Shown piece by piece: positions 23,262 to 34,542 of a DNA stretch of 64,000 bases. The number at the start of each line of letters is the position of its first letter. Positions within the stretch are counted from its first letter, which is position 1. Source of the DNA: Blepharisma stoltei ATCC 30299 (Eukaryota; Protista; Ciliophora); NCBI GenBank assembly GCA_965603825.1, contig CBFDEM010000051.1, forward strand, positions 248,001-312,000, given 5' to 3'. The notes under the pieces are model-generated. The model did not search any database. It was not told the DNA's origin and saw nothing but the letters and a program-made list of their open reading frames with translations. A program made the position numbers and the translations under genes.

Positions 23262-25421
23262 ATGATGCCTAAAGAGCTTCTAGAGGAATGGTGAGATGAG
23301 GAAATAAGTCAAAAATTTTCTATTTTACACTTTTTCGTTCGCAGAAATATAGCTATCTGCATGCTTATAATTCCAATTTTTGCTATATATGACCTAAATA
23401 GTTTGAGTCTCTGGCTTCAAATATTGATAGTCATGCTTTTTCAAGCAATATCTTGCATTTTAGCAGACTATATCAACACAAATGACACAAGTAAAAAAGC
23501 TTTATTCGCAGTATTTTACTCTGAGTTCTGCTGCTTTGGACTATTTTATCTTTCATATAACCAGATGAGAGCCCATGCAGCCCTTTTTGAAATGTTTTGT
23601 GCAATTCTTATGATGTCCTTTGAAATTCCTTTAATCCGATGCAGCTGAATAAAATATATAGTAGCAATCAAGCACGTGTTTATATGGCATTATATTGGCT
23701 ATTTTAGAGATAGTATTGCTTATGATGGGAATATGATTCCTCTTTTTTTTGCTGTGATTTGTGTTTTTATGTACAATTACATGACAAATATGAGGTCAAA
23801 AAGTTCTATTGAAAGGTTTCTAAATAGAAAAGGAAAATCAAAAGCGAAGATGAGACTTAGTGTTATTGTTAATGCTTTTCCAGATGGGATCTTTATCATT
23901 TCTGATAATCTTGAAATTATGTATACAAATGACAATTTATTGAAACTACTTGATTGTGAGTCAGAAGAGTTAATTAGAATTATTTCTGAAATCACTTATT
24001 GTGATGGCAAAAAATATTCGACTTTATCAAACTCAAATTTATTGATCGAAGATTTACAAGCGATCTTCAGGCAAAACGATAGAAATGAATTTATGCTTGG
24101 CATTTCTTATTTTAAAGGCAACAATATTGAGTGAAAAGGACTAAAAATAATATGAGAAAACAAACAGGCATTAGCAATTATTGTAAGAGATGCAAATCAT
24201 ATAATTCAACTGGAGAGATCTATTTCTGATAGCAAGGTTAAAACGGTTATATTGAGATCAGTTTCTCATGAATTGAGAACTCCAATTAACGCCATTTCAT
24301 TTCTTGTTGAGGATCTTCTGGAAAAGCAAAATGATAATATAAAGGAGGACTGAAAAGAAAAATTGAAAATTATTTCTATCTCTACAAAATTGCTGCTTAC
24401 ACTGGTTAATGATTTGCTTGATTATAGCAGGATGCTTTCTGGTGCGTTTTCAATTAGAAAATGTGAATGCGATTTAAGGAATATAATAGAAAATGCTTGA
24501 GAACTTATCAAATTGCAAGCACTGAAAAAAAATATTGATTTGATACTAAGAATTGATCCTACTCTTCCTGTTTATATATACAGTGATCCGTTGAGATTAA
24601 GCCAAGTTCTATTAAATCTTCTTAGTAATGCACTTAAATTCACATTGTGCGGATCAATAGAAGTTATATGTATCTCTACAATGTCAAACCAATTAAAAAT
24701 TACAGTTAGAGACACTGGCATCGGAATCGACGAAAACCAAAAAAATAAATTATTCCAAGAATTCTGCTCAGAAGTCCTGCCTATTTTAAATCCCAACGGA
24801 TGCGGCTTAGGCTTGCACATATCAAATAAAATCGTAAAAGAGCTTGGAGGAAATATTATCGAAGTCGAATCCAAAATTGGTCATGGATCTGCTTTTTCTT
24901 TCAATATAAACATGTTTCACAACAGCTTGCCTTATGAAATAGCATCAAATGACTACGATGATCTCTTAATGAGTGAAATGCCTAACCTTGAAATAGCGCT
25001 TAGTAAGTGTTTAATTATCAACAAAATTAATCTGCCTCAAATCCTGATCGCTGACGACAATGACTTCAATCGACTCATTCTCATATCATTATTATTGAAA
25101 AACGGAATCCCTGCGCTAGAAGCTTGCACAGGTAAACAAGCTGTTGACATAATTTTAAAACATAACGTAAAAGAGCATACCTCAATAAAAGTAATTATTA
25201 TGGACGTAGAAATGCCACAGATGAATGGCTGGGTAGCTGCTCAAAAAATCCATGACATGCATTCTAAAGAAGAAATCAGATTTCTTCCAAATATAATTGG
25301 ATATACTGCATATAATACAGATGAAGATATTTCTAATTGTTATAAAAGTGGCATGAAAGAATGCTTGATTAAGCCTTGCAGTTCAGAAAAAATAATTTCG
25401 ACAATTTTGAAATACTCTTAA
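23262..25421 (+). CDS. Membrane hybrid histidine kinase 3 (719 aa)
   Basis: ATG 23262; TGA=Trp at 23292, 23646, 24132, 24153, 24351 and 24498. SHELRTPIN, NALKFT and MDVEMP. Confidence 0.9.
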
Positions 25422-25483
25422 ATTATGGTACTTTTAATAGCTTTGTAAAAAACTGTATATTATGCCTTATTGCAGCAACAAAC

Positions 25484-26560
25484 TTACAATGCCAGCACAT
25501 TTCTCTGAGCTGAGCATGAACGAGCTGCATTTAATATAATTTCTTTGTATTCAGAAGGAAGTTTCCATTGCTGTAGAGTTTCATTTGTATGTGCGATGAT
25601 AAAACTATTTGTGGTATCTTCTTCGACTTTGGTTAATCTTGAAAGAGGAATTCTGCTTTCTAGTATGGATTTAGGTCCGAGAGTGTATATAGCTGCGTCT
25701 GTAAGAAGAAAGAAACAGCTTGATTTCTGGAAAAAGCCTGGATCTTTTGCTGTTGGCTCGAATATCAAAATTTGTTCACCTATATCCCCATTTTTCACAA
25801 TCGCTTCTATAATTTTAGGGTTTTTTTCAAAGTTTTTTAGTGTAAAAAGCTCCTCATCTTTTCCCTTTTTCAGTAACTTCAGAGTTTTTTTTCATTCACC
25901 AATAATATTTCACGGTAAATATTCATTTTTCATCTCTAAAGCAAGCTGTTGGATCCCTTTAAGCAGATCTCCCATTCTTTCGCATTTTAAACATAAATAG
26001 CTTTTATCTTGTATTTTTCTCAAAAATTTAATGATGAGAACCTCTTTGCTTTTTGTCAGATGAAACGATTTTAAAATTTCAATAGGAATCCTCTGAATAA
26101 GTTTCAGATGGTTCTTGAGATCTAAGACATACACAGCACAGGTGGTAAACATCAATAGCCTCTCGAATTCATCTTTATGAGTAACCTCAATAATATGCAA
26201 AAACCCATCAAGCTCTTCAGCTCTTTCCCCGTTGCACATAGGTTTGCAACTATCTAGGATATCAGCTACTGCTGATTTCTGGTCACGGTTAAGATCAGCT
26301 ACTGAGTCAAACTCGTATTCTAAGCATTCCTCAAAATTTTCTGGTGATTTTGATTCAACGCTTTTTGGCTCATAATCTGTGGTTTTCGCTTCAGATTTTT
26401 CTTCATGTTTTGGCCAGTTTAAAGGGCCTACATATCGGTCCCAAAATGATTTTGGTTCATCATGTGAGATATCTATTTTCTTCTCGTCTTTATTGATCTC
26501 ATAAGATGACCCATGCGAGTCTTTAGAGTGAGTTCTTCCACTGCAACAGACGTTTCCCAT
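25484..26560 (-). CDS. Acylated protein with two PH-like (myosin-TH1-like) repeats (358 aa)
   Basis: MGNVCC start. The two ORFs join through two TGA codons. Internally repeated motif RLLMFTTCAVYVL..RIPI / FFLLTDAAIYTL..RIPL. Confidence 0.7.
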
Positions 26561-26587
26561 TAAAATTAATTTAAATTCCTAAATTGT

Positions 26588-29500
26588 CTATCTAAAGAAT
26601 TGGCGAGTTGGGCTTGAAATTGTGCACTCATCACATCGTTTTGCCCTGCCTGGAATTAGAGGACCTCGGGGTGTATATTTTTTGCCGCATTGAATGCATG
26701 GAACCATGTCACTGTATCCTGCAAAGCCGAGATTCCAAGGCATTGGATCTATCCAGAGTGTATGAAGGGTGATGTATTGGCTTGAAACTGCGCTTTTAAA
26801 TTCTTCAAAAGACATTTTCCCATCTTTATCTCTATCAAATATATCAAAAATTCCTCGAACTTGACTAGCAATTTCATCATCTGTAAGAGCCAGACTTTTT
26901 GAGGCACTTGCTGATTTAAGTAAATTAAAAAGTTCATCTCTTTCAATAGCACTGTTACCATTTAAATCATGAGCTCTAAATGCAAACCAAAGCCTTTGCT
27001 CAATTGTTCCATTTCTAAGCACATTTAGTCCTATTATGAAATTTTTATAGTCTACGTATCCAGTCCTTTCCAAGTCTAGCGCATTGAAAATTTCTGCTGT
27101 GATCCCAATAGCCCTAGGGAATATTTTTCTTATTATTTCTGAAAAGTCCTGAAAAGTAACTTTGCATTCCTGTCCTCCTTTTTTTATTGAATAATTGAAA
27201 AACTCATTGTAAATAGATTCGAGGTCTTGAATTGAAATATTGAATTTATTTTGAAGATCTCTAATGACAGCTTCTTTTCCATACTGCACAGAAGTGCGAT
27301 CTAGCTGTGAGATCCAATCGTATCTTCCAGGACATAAATAGAAACTTACTGGTTATCCCTGAAAAATTGGGGAGTTGATAGTTGTAGCCTGAAACAATTA
27401 GCTTGATTTCTGCATAAGGTAAGATAAGAGGAGATGGTATTGGCTTTTGTAGAGACTGTAAAGACTTAAGATATTCTTCAAAGCTTTGCTGGACTGATAA
27501 GAAAACTGCGTGTTGGAGGACTTCTTGGTTGTTGATAGTAATTTTGTCACCTCTTGAGTCAATAAATTCAAGGTTTTTGTCAAATCCATAAGCATTGCTG
27601 ATCTAAATATAATTTACCATGCGTTTTAGTGTGAAGTAGTTTAGGTCATCTTTTTTGAGATTCTGCAGAAGACGGTTATCACCGTTAGGATATCCGTCAG
27701 CTTCCATACATTTTATGTGCTAAATAAGCTATACATAGGTTTGAACACAATTCAATATAGTTTCTGCAGTTATTTGGTTTTGAACAAGAAGAAAATAGTT
27801 GGCTTGGTGAAGATGAGTTTTAAAGAACGTTAGCACATTGGTCAAATAGTCAACTATAAGTCTGCTGCGGTCATCTCTGTATGCTTGATATATCTTGATG
27901 AACTTTTCGAGAAGTCCAGATAAGCTTGCTTCAAGCTAATTTGAAATTACATTCACTTCTCCATGATTTACTTGATATAGGTCGTGGCTTCCTTTTTTTA
28001 CTTCTTCAATCAAGATTTTCACAACCTCAAAAAGCTTTGTCGCTTCATCCTGTGTAAAATATTGAGCAAAAATGTTCGACATGTTTAGATCACCTGTCGG
28101 CCAGCCCAAAATCAAAAATTTTTCAAGGACTTGGACACAGTCATGGAGGAACGCAAAGTTGTAGGTGACACAATTGACTCCATATATATTATAGATAATT
28201 GGAGAAATCTCTCTAAAGCACATAAGATGCTGAAATATTGTGCGGATAACTCCTGTCCGAGCCATATCTCTAATTATTGGTTACTCTACTGCCATTCTTG
28301 AGTTTGATTCTATCATCATCTTAATGATCCTCACAGCTTCCCATCTGACTTCAGGGTCTGACGCTATTAAATACTGGAGATGTGAGCTGAGTCTTGAAAG
28401 ATTGACGATTTCCCATGTATAGCCTTTTTGTATCAGATATCTCATCACATTACAAGTATCAAGCTTTACCAACGAATCTCCAGAATTAAATAATAAGTCA
28501 CTTAGTCTCGCAAATAGACCAGCTTCAGCTAACAATTGGCACTGTCCTGCATTAACCCATATAATGTTTCTAATTGTTTGCAAAGCTGCTCTTTTTACAC
28601 TTATTTTTGGATTCGATAACAAAGCAACTAATCGGTCTAAAAATCTTCTATTAAATTCATCAATAGCAAGAAACGGCAAAACAAATGAGAGTGCAATTAA
28701 GCTGTTCGTCAAAAGATTTTCTTCTTCTTGGACTTGGAAAAGCTGTACAATAACATCTGCAATTTCTACAAGCTCCTGTTGACGGAATGAAGGCTTTGCA
28801 TATTCTCGAGGCATGGTAGCGCCACATAGGATGGAAAGAACCCAAGCAGCCCTTACAATTGTGGTCAAGTCAACTGTGAACATTGAAGTCCCTCTCATTA
28901 GGATTCTTAATATCAAAGGCAAAGCTCCTAACGACAAAATATAATCTCTTATATCGAAATCATGCCTAGACATAAAGCCAATTGCTAAAAGAGCTTGGTC
29001 TCTTACCTCTATGCACTCACTCTCACATAATTCAAGGATTTTAGGAACACTTCCAGTCTGCATTATAAGCTTCTTTGTAAATTTTTGGCATGGATGCAGA
29101 TAAAATGCTTCAGGGAGTTCTGGGATTCTTGGACCTGGGGCAAAAAAGGTAATAATTTTTAAGGCTTCCCATTGGATATTTTTGGAGGTATCAAAATTCA
29201 AGCATTGTAAGCATCTTATTATCACATTGTGGTTTATAAGCTGCTCAAATAGCTTCAAAAGATATGGGCTGATTTTCATCCTATCATTTGGGGTTTGGTA
29301 AACTGCGAGAACTCCAAGCATATCTCTGATGTTCTGCAGCCCAGAAAGAATAATATCTACATCTGTATGAAAGATCTGCTCAACCAGCTTCAAGAATTGC
29401 ATGTCATCTATTAATTTCTGAGAAACCTCGTTATAATAAGTCTGCTTTTCAATTTCTGTGAAAACTTGCCCTTCTCCTAAATAATCCCACGTTTCAGTGC

Positions 29501-29912
29501 GATTTTCCAAACTATCAGTAGGCAATAAATTAAACTCAAAGGTTTTATGATTTAGTGAGAATAACTGAGCCATTGCTTTGTGAAGAGCTTCTCTTTCAGA
29601 AATGGTATTTGGGAGATCGGTTCTCAGCTTTGATCTGACAGCTCCATGCTCGTGCAGCCACTTGCAAACGTATTCTAAAAAGTCATCCCAAGTGACCTGG
29701 CCGTCACGGTTTGAATCGAGCTGAGTATGTAAAAAATAGGCTTCTTCAGCTGTGATGTTTATATCATGGGTAAGGGCTGTAGCTATTTGTCTTATTTTGT
29801 CCATAGTTAGGAAGCCTGAGCCATCAGTGTCAACCATTACGAAAACTCGATGAATTTCTTCAATCTCTTCTTGAGATAAAAGACCTTGATGCAATATTGA
29901 TTGCTCGACCAT
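26588..29912 (-). CDS. Multidomain protein: EF-hand pair, ARM repeats, PB1-like, four EF-hands, CxxC..CxxC (about 1082 aa, 5 tiny introns)
   Basis: 15-nt GT-AG introns at 28270-28284, 27936-27950, 27720-27734 and 27603-27617, plus a 16-nt GT-AT candidate at 27334-27349. 3325 minus 76 nt gives 3249 nt, one open frame. Confidence 0.72.
27334..27349 (-). other. Candidate non-canonical 16-nt intron GTAAGTTTCTATTTAT
   Basis: Removing it restores the frame into the EF-hand exon. It has a GTAAG donor and an A six nt from the 3' end, like the neighbouring introns. Confidence 0.5.
27603..28284 (-). other. Four 15-nt spliceosomal introns (27603-27617, 27720-27734, 27936-27950, 28270-28284)
   Basis: GTAAATTATATTTAG, GTATAGCTTATTTAG, GTAATTTCAAATTAG and GTAACCAATAATTAG. 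Each contains an in-frame stop and has A at position 10. Confidence 0.85.
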
Positions 29913-30278
29913 TTTATTTTAGTCATTTCGTTAATGATCTCGTTTGTATAAACTCCACAGTGATTAATTCTTACAAATTTTTATCATTTCATGACATTAG
30001 TTTTGAACTGTTTTTGATAATATTAATTTCTCCTTAATTTCATGTGAAAATATTTCAAGGCGCATGCTAAATCTTTTTAGTCAGTAAATAGTGGATTTAT
30101 TATCAAAATTGTTTTTCTAATTATTTTGAAGATGCTTTTTAAGAAAAAATTAAGTCAAAATTTTCTATTTTTTAAAAAAATAGCAAAAACATCTTACAAT
30201 TAATTTAAATTTCCTTTAATTTTATCTTTAATTACTTACTATTTTCAGCTCTAGAACTCTCTCAATTTTCATAGTCAT

Positions 30279-30923
30279 TTAAAATAACTCTCTATTCGGC
30301 GACACTTCATCTGCAAATACTCCTTTAGCAAGCTGCAGCTGCAATGCATAATTCTTAATCTTCTCCTGTCTCAGCTGCTCTCTCAGCTCTTCACACGCTT
30401 TTTCCTTTTCAGCAGCTAATTTCAATTTTTTATGCAGCTTGAGCACAGTCTTTTTCAATGTGGCTGCATCTCGCTTTTGGCTTTCAAACTGGCTTTCAAG
30501 CTGATTGTGTTCTTGCCTCAGCGCGGATAGATACATATTTGAAGTGTGTTCAGTGTGGCGCTTTAAATACATGAACGCTGTTTGAATTGCTGCGTTCTCA
30601 GATCCACTCTGGATTAGATCGTTAATTAGACCTGCAGAATGGGTAGAAGTAGCTTGCTCAATTGATTTTTCTAACTCGAGCTTCTGAATGAAGGAAATGC
30701 TGGCTTCAAAACAGTTTGAAGTCTGGTCTAAAACATAGGAAAGGTCCTCTCTTCTTCTATTGGGGAAAAGATTGTGAAGACGGGTGAGGTTTTCGCTCTT
30801 GGAGGGAGTGACGAGCTCTACTACTTGTGGAATTTGACCATTTGTAGACCTGCAAATTCGTTTAGCGGAGAGGTCTTCAGCGTCTTGTTCGATTCTCAGT
30901 CTTTTTCCGATTTCAATAGCCAT
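30279..30923 (-). CDS. CUE-like domain plus coiled-coil protein
   Basis: LTRLHNLFPN...LSYVL...FEASI is CUE-like. C-terminal heptad repeats. Confidence 0.7.
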   Translation of the reverse strand: MAIEIGKRLRIEQDAEDLSAKRICRSTNGQIPQVVELVTPSKSENLTRLHNLFPNRRREDLSYVLDQTSNCFEASISFIQKLELEKSIEQATSTHSAGLINDLIQSGSENAAIQTAFMYLKRHTEHTSNMYLSALRQEHNQLESQFESQKRDAATLKKTVLKLHKKLKLAAEKEKACEELREQLRQEKIKNYALQLQLAKGVFADEVSPNRELF

Positions 30924-31280
30924 ATTATAAACTTTTGAATAGGAATTAATTATATGATGCTAAGGTATTTAAATAAAAATCACTATTTAAATAAATTGAT
31001 AATTTATTAAATCCAAACTTTTATCAAAATTAATCATAAATTAATTTTTTATTTAAGATAAAAACATCTATTGGGTTACTCTCATGGCTTTATATCCATA
31101 TATCTATATTAAATTTATTAGTTAAACCTATTGCATACATTAACCAGGAATAGCTATCTTATAACTGGTGATTGCAATATGAAATAATGAAAATTTGTTG
31201 TATATATTAATTTATTTAAATTCAATCAAGAAATTATTAAACCCAATTTTTAAGCTATTTTTTTAGCTTTATTTAGCCGT

Positions 31281-31868
31281 CTATGAGGTTCTGATCTTTC
31301 TTTCCTTTATAAGTCTATACTTCTTCGCGAGTCTCTCAAGTTGGCCAGATTTTTTGATGTAATCATAGAATTCAGGTTCAGAATCAGGGTCATACAATAA
31401 ATTCTTAATGACAGCTCGACGTCTTAGATGCAACTCCATGAATGTCTCTCCAACATAAAGAACGTGATCAACCCCTCTTCTATAGCCACGATATACGGAA
31501 AGGGAGAATGGGATCAATCCAACAAAAATTCTTGCTCCAATAGGATATCCACGCCATGCTGGCAAAAGTGCAAATAAAGAGCCCCATGCAGCTCCAGCAA
31601 CAAGTCCAAGTTTCATCTCGTCGTCTCTGACAATGAAAGATTTTTTGAGTTTGTCATCTACAACTGGATCACCTGACAAGAAGAAATATGAGAAAGCTTC
31701 AAGCATTTTGGTTTGCTTCCAATTAGAAATAAATTTCCCAATAATTGGGAGGTCATTTCCCTCCCTAAGTTCTGTGGTTTCCAGAATATTACCATACTTT
31801 TCCACTAAAGGTTCTCTTTCTTGCCGTAGCTTCTCTAGCTGCTTTGGTGTAAATTGATTGACTGCCAT
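31281..31868 (-). CDS. Hypothetical two-TM protein
   Basis: 195-aa ORF with two hydrophobic segments and a TAG stop. Confidence 0.65.
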   Translation of the reverse strand: MAVNQFTPKQLEKLRQEREPLVEKYGNILETTELREGNDLPIIGKFISNWKQTKMLEAFSYFFLSGDPVVDDKLKKSFIVRDDEMKLGLVAGAAWGSLFALLPAWRGYPIGARIFVGLIPFSLSVYRGYRRGVDHVLYVGETFMELHLRRRAVIKNLLYDPDSEPEFYDYIKKSGQLERLAKKYRLIKERKIRTS

Positions 31869-32244
31869 TTATTAGCACCATAATCAATAATTTTAGAATG
31901 AACGAATCTATTTAAAGAAGAATCATAGCATCCGCTATAAATTATTGCTAGATTTAAATTGTTATGAAATTTAAAAATCATTTTAATCTCTAAATTTTAA
32001 TTATTAAAATCTTCATCTATTGATAATCAAATCTTCATTTTGGTTTAGCAGCCGCTTTCTCTGTACGCCTATTTCTTTTAAACCCTCCTGCAAGCCTCTC
32101 TAATTTCCTGCTGCCCATCTGGCATTTATTCAGTCTCCTATATTAAATTAATATCAATTTTCTTTCATCTGTCTTCTGAAATAGGACAAAAAGCATGATT
32201 AAGAGGAATGCATTAAGTTACATCAGAAAAAATCTTCCTTTTTA

Positions 32245-32676
32245 TTATTCTAACATTGACTTCCTATCAATAGGACACCTTGCATTTTGCTTAAGCCAAA
32301 TATCGATGCACGCTTTATGATAAACGTGGCCGCACGTCAGTGTTCTCACCATTTCTTCTCTCTTGATGTCAATCATACAAATGGGGCAAGTTATACGGCT
32401 TTTCCTCAACAATAAATAAGTAGGACTGCTGTCTTCAATCTCATATTCAAATTCTCTTGCTCTGTGCTGGGTAAATGAATTAATCCGATGTGTTGAAATC
32501 CCACTTGGCCACTTCTCATTACGTTCAAAATCTTCATGGAATCGCAGGTACATTTTTACTTTGCTTTCGTAGGTCTCGTTCTGGTCAGGGATATATCGTT
32601 GGGGACAACTCAATTGAAATTCATTTTGATTGTTGGCTCGGCTCAGAATAGCATTCAAAATATTTGGCTGACTCAT
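32245..32676 (-). CDS. RING-H2 E3 ligase-like protein
   Basis: CPIC...CGHVYHKACIDIWLKQNARCPIDR. The first in-frame ATG is at 32676. Confidence 0.8.
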   Translation of the reverse strand: MSQPNILNAILSRANNQNEFQLSCPQRYIPDQNETYESKVKMYLRFHEDFERNEKWPSGISTHRINSFTQHRAREFEYEIEDSSPTYLLLRKSRITCPICMIDIKREEMVRTLTCGHVYHKACIDIWLKQNARCPIDRKSMLE

Positions 32677-33058
32677 AATATTCACCCAAAAAATTATAAA
32701 ATTAATAAAAAATGAGATTTTATGATAGCAATATTAGCCCCTGATAGTAGTTGAAAGAAGCGCAGAAAACTGAAATGCTAAGTAGATCTAGCTAATTTTG
32801 ATTGCTATTACGGTTTTATGAAATCTATTATTAATATTTAGCTTATTATCATATAAAAAAGCAAGTAGCAGCTGCAATATTCTTAAATACTTTACTGTCA
32901 AATTTAATTACTAATTATAAGCCAATTGTATTTCTATATTTATATGCATCTCGATTTAAAGCACTTATTCCTCGATTCTATGAAGAGCTTATATCTTAGC
33001 ATTGCTGCGTTTAATTTTCTATTAAGGACTTTATCTAAATCTATACTCTAAAGTTAAA

Positions 33059-34303
33059 TTATAGTTTAGGAGATGGGCTTCTAAGCGCTCTTCTTAAGTT
33101 TTCTTCGATAGCAGTAATGAAATCTTGTGTGTTAAGCCAATGCTCTCTTCTCATGTTGCTGCCATGAATGCACAAAGCCAGATCCTTCGTCATCTTTCCG
33201 CCCTCAACTGTCTGTATCACTACTCTCTCAAGCATGTCACAGAAATGCTTCAATTGCAAATTATTATCAAGCTGCGCCCTATATGCCAAGCCTCTAGTCC
33301 AAGCAAAAATACTAGCAATTGGGTTTGTCGAGGTTTCTCTTCCTTTTTGATGTTCTCTATAATGTCTCGTTATAGTTCCATGTGCTGCCTCAGATTCCAA
33401 AGCCCCTGTAGGTGACGTCAAAACACTTGTCATTAATCCAAGCGAACCATACCCTTGCGCTACAATGTCGCTTTGAACATCTCCATCATAATTCTTGCAA
33501 GCCCACAAAAAGCCTCCAGAGCTTTTAATAGTTTGTGCAACCATATCGTCAATAAGTCTATGCTCATATATCAGTCCTGCAGAGTCAAATCTTGCCTTGT
33601 ATTCTTGCAGATAAATTCTTTCAAAGATGTCTTTAAATCTGCCATCATATTTCTTAAGAATTGTATTTTTGCTGCTGAAATAAAGCGGATATTTCCTTTC
33701 AAGGGCGTAATCAAAGCAAGCTCTGGCAAATTCTTGTATTGACTCGTCTGTGTTGTACATTCCCATTACAATACCAGGAGACTTAAAATCGAAAATTTCA
33801 TGGGTTTGAGCAGGGCCATTTTTAGGGGTGACTACAAGTTGGACCTTGGCAGGGCTTGCAATTACAAGATCAGTCGCTCTGTATTGGTCAGCATGTGCAT
33901 GCCTGCCAATTACAATGGGTTTTGTCCAGCCTGGGACCAATCTCGGGATGTTTTTCATGATGATTGGCTCTCTGAAGACTGTGCCTCTAAGTTCATTTCT
34001 GATGGTGCCATTTGGGGACTTCCACATCTTTTTCAGCTTGAACTCTTCAACTCTTTGTTCGTCAGGGGTTATCGTTGCACATTTGATTCCGACTTTGCAT
34101 TGAAGTATTGCCCTTGCAGATTCTAATGTCACATTATCATCTGTCGCGTCTCTGTTTTCCATACCTAAGTCAAAATATAAAATTGGTAGGTCAACGAAAG
34201 GAAGAATAAGTTTTTCTTTGATCAGATGCCAGATGATTCGTGCCATTTCATCTCCATCGAGCTCAGCAACAGGATTCCTGACTTGAATTTTCTGGACCTC
34301 CAT
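33059..34303 (-). CDS. IDH: NADP-dependent isocitrate dehydrogenase (possible upstream in-frame start at 34447)
   Basis: [38 protein letters not shown] and EAAHGT. Confidence 0.96.
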   Translation of the reverse strand: MEVQKIQVRNPVAELDGDEMARIIWHLIKEKLILPFVDLPILYFDLGMENRDATDDNVTLESARAILQCKVGIKCATITPDEQRVEEFKLKKMWKSPNGTIRNELRGTVFREPIIMKNIPRLVPGWTKPIVIGRHAHADQYRATDLVIASPAKVQLVVTPKNGPAQTHEIFDFKSPGIVMGMYNTDESIQEFARACFDYALERKYPLYFSSKNTILKKYDGRFKDIFERIYLQEYKARFDSAGLIYEHRLIDDMVAQTIKSSGGFLWACKNYDGDVQSDIVAQGYGSLGLMTSVLTSPTGALESEAAHGTITRHYREHQKGRETSTNPIASIFAWTRGLAYRAQLDNNLQLKHFCDMLERVVIQTVEGGKMTKDLALCIHGSNMRREHWLNTQDFITAIEENLRRALRSPSPKL

Positions 34304-34542
34304 TTTATCAACAAGGATCAGGAATATTTTTTTAGGAATTAGAAAGGATTTAGCTTGCTGCAACAATAGAAAGCTGAAAAATGCTTTTAATTGGAAAAAA
34401 TTAGTTGGCAAATTATAATTTGAGCAAATAGTCAAGCCTTTTAGCATTTTTATAAATAATAATTAAGGTTAGCTTGATTAATTTAATAAAAGTCGAGATT
34501 TAGAGGTATAGGGTTAATTAAATATTTAAAACATCAGCAGAT

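Noticed and set aside
11649-25421. Bacterial contamination or recent HGT as the source of the histidine kinases
   Set aside because: They use the host UGA=Trp code and composition and are interleaved with eukaryotic genes.
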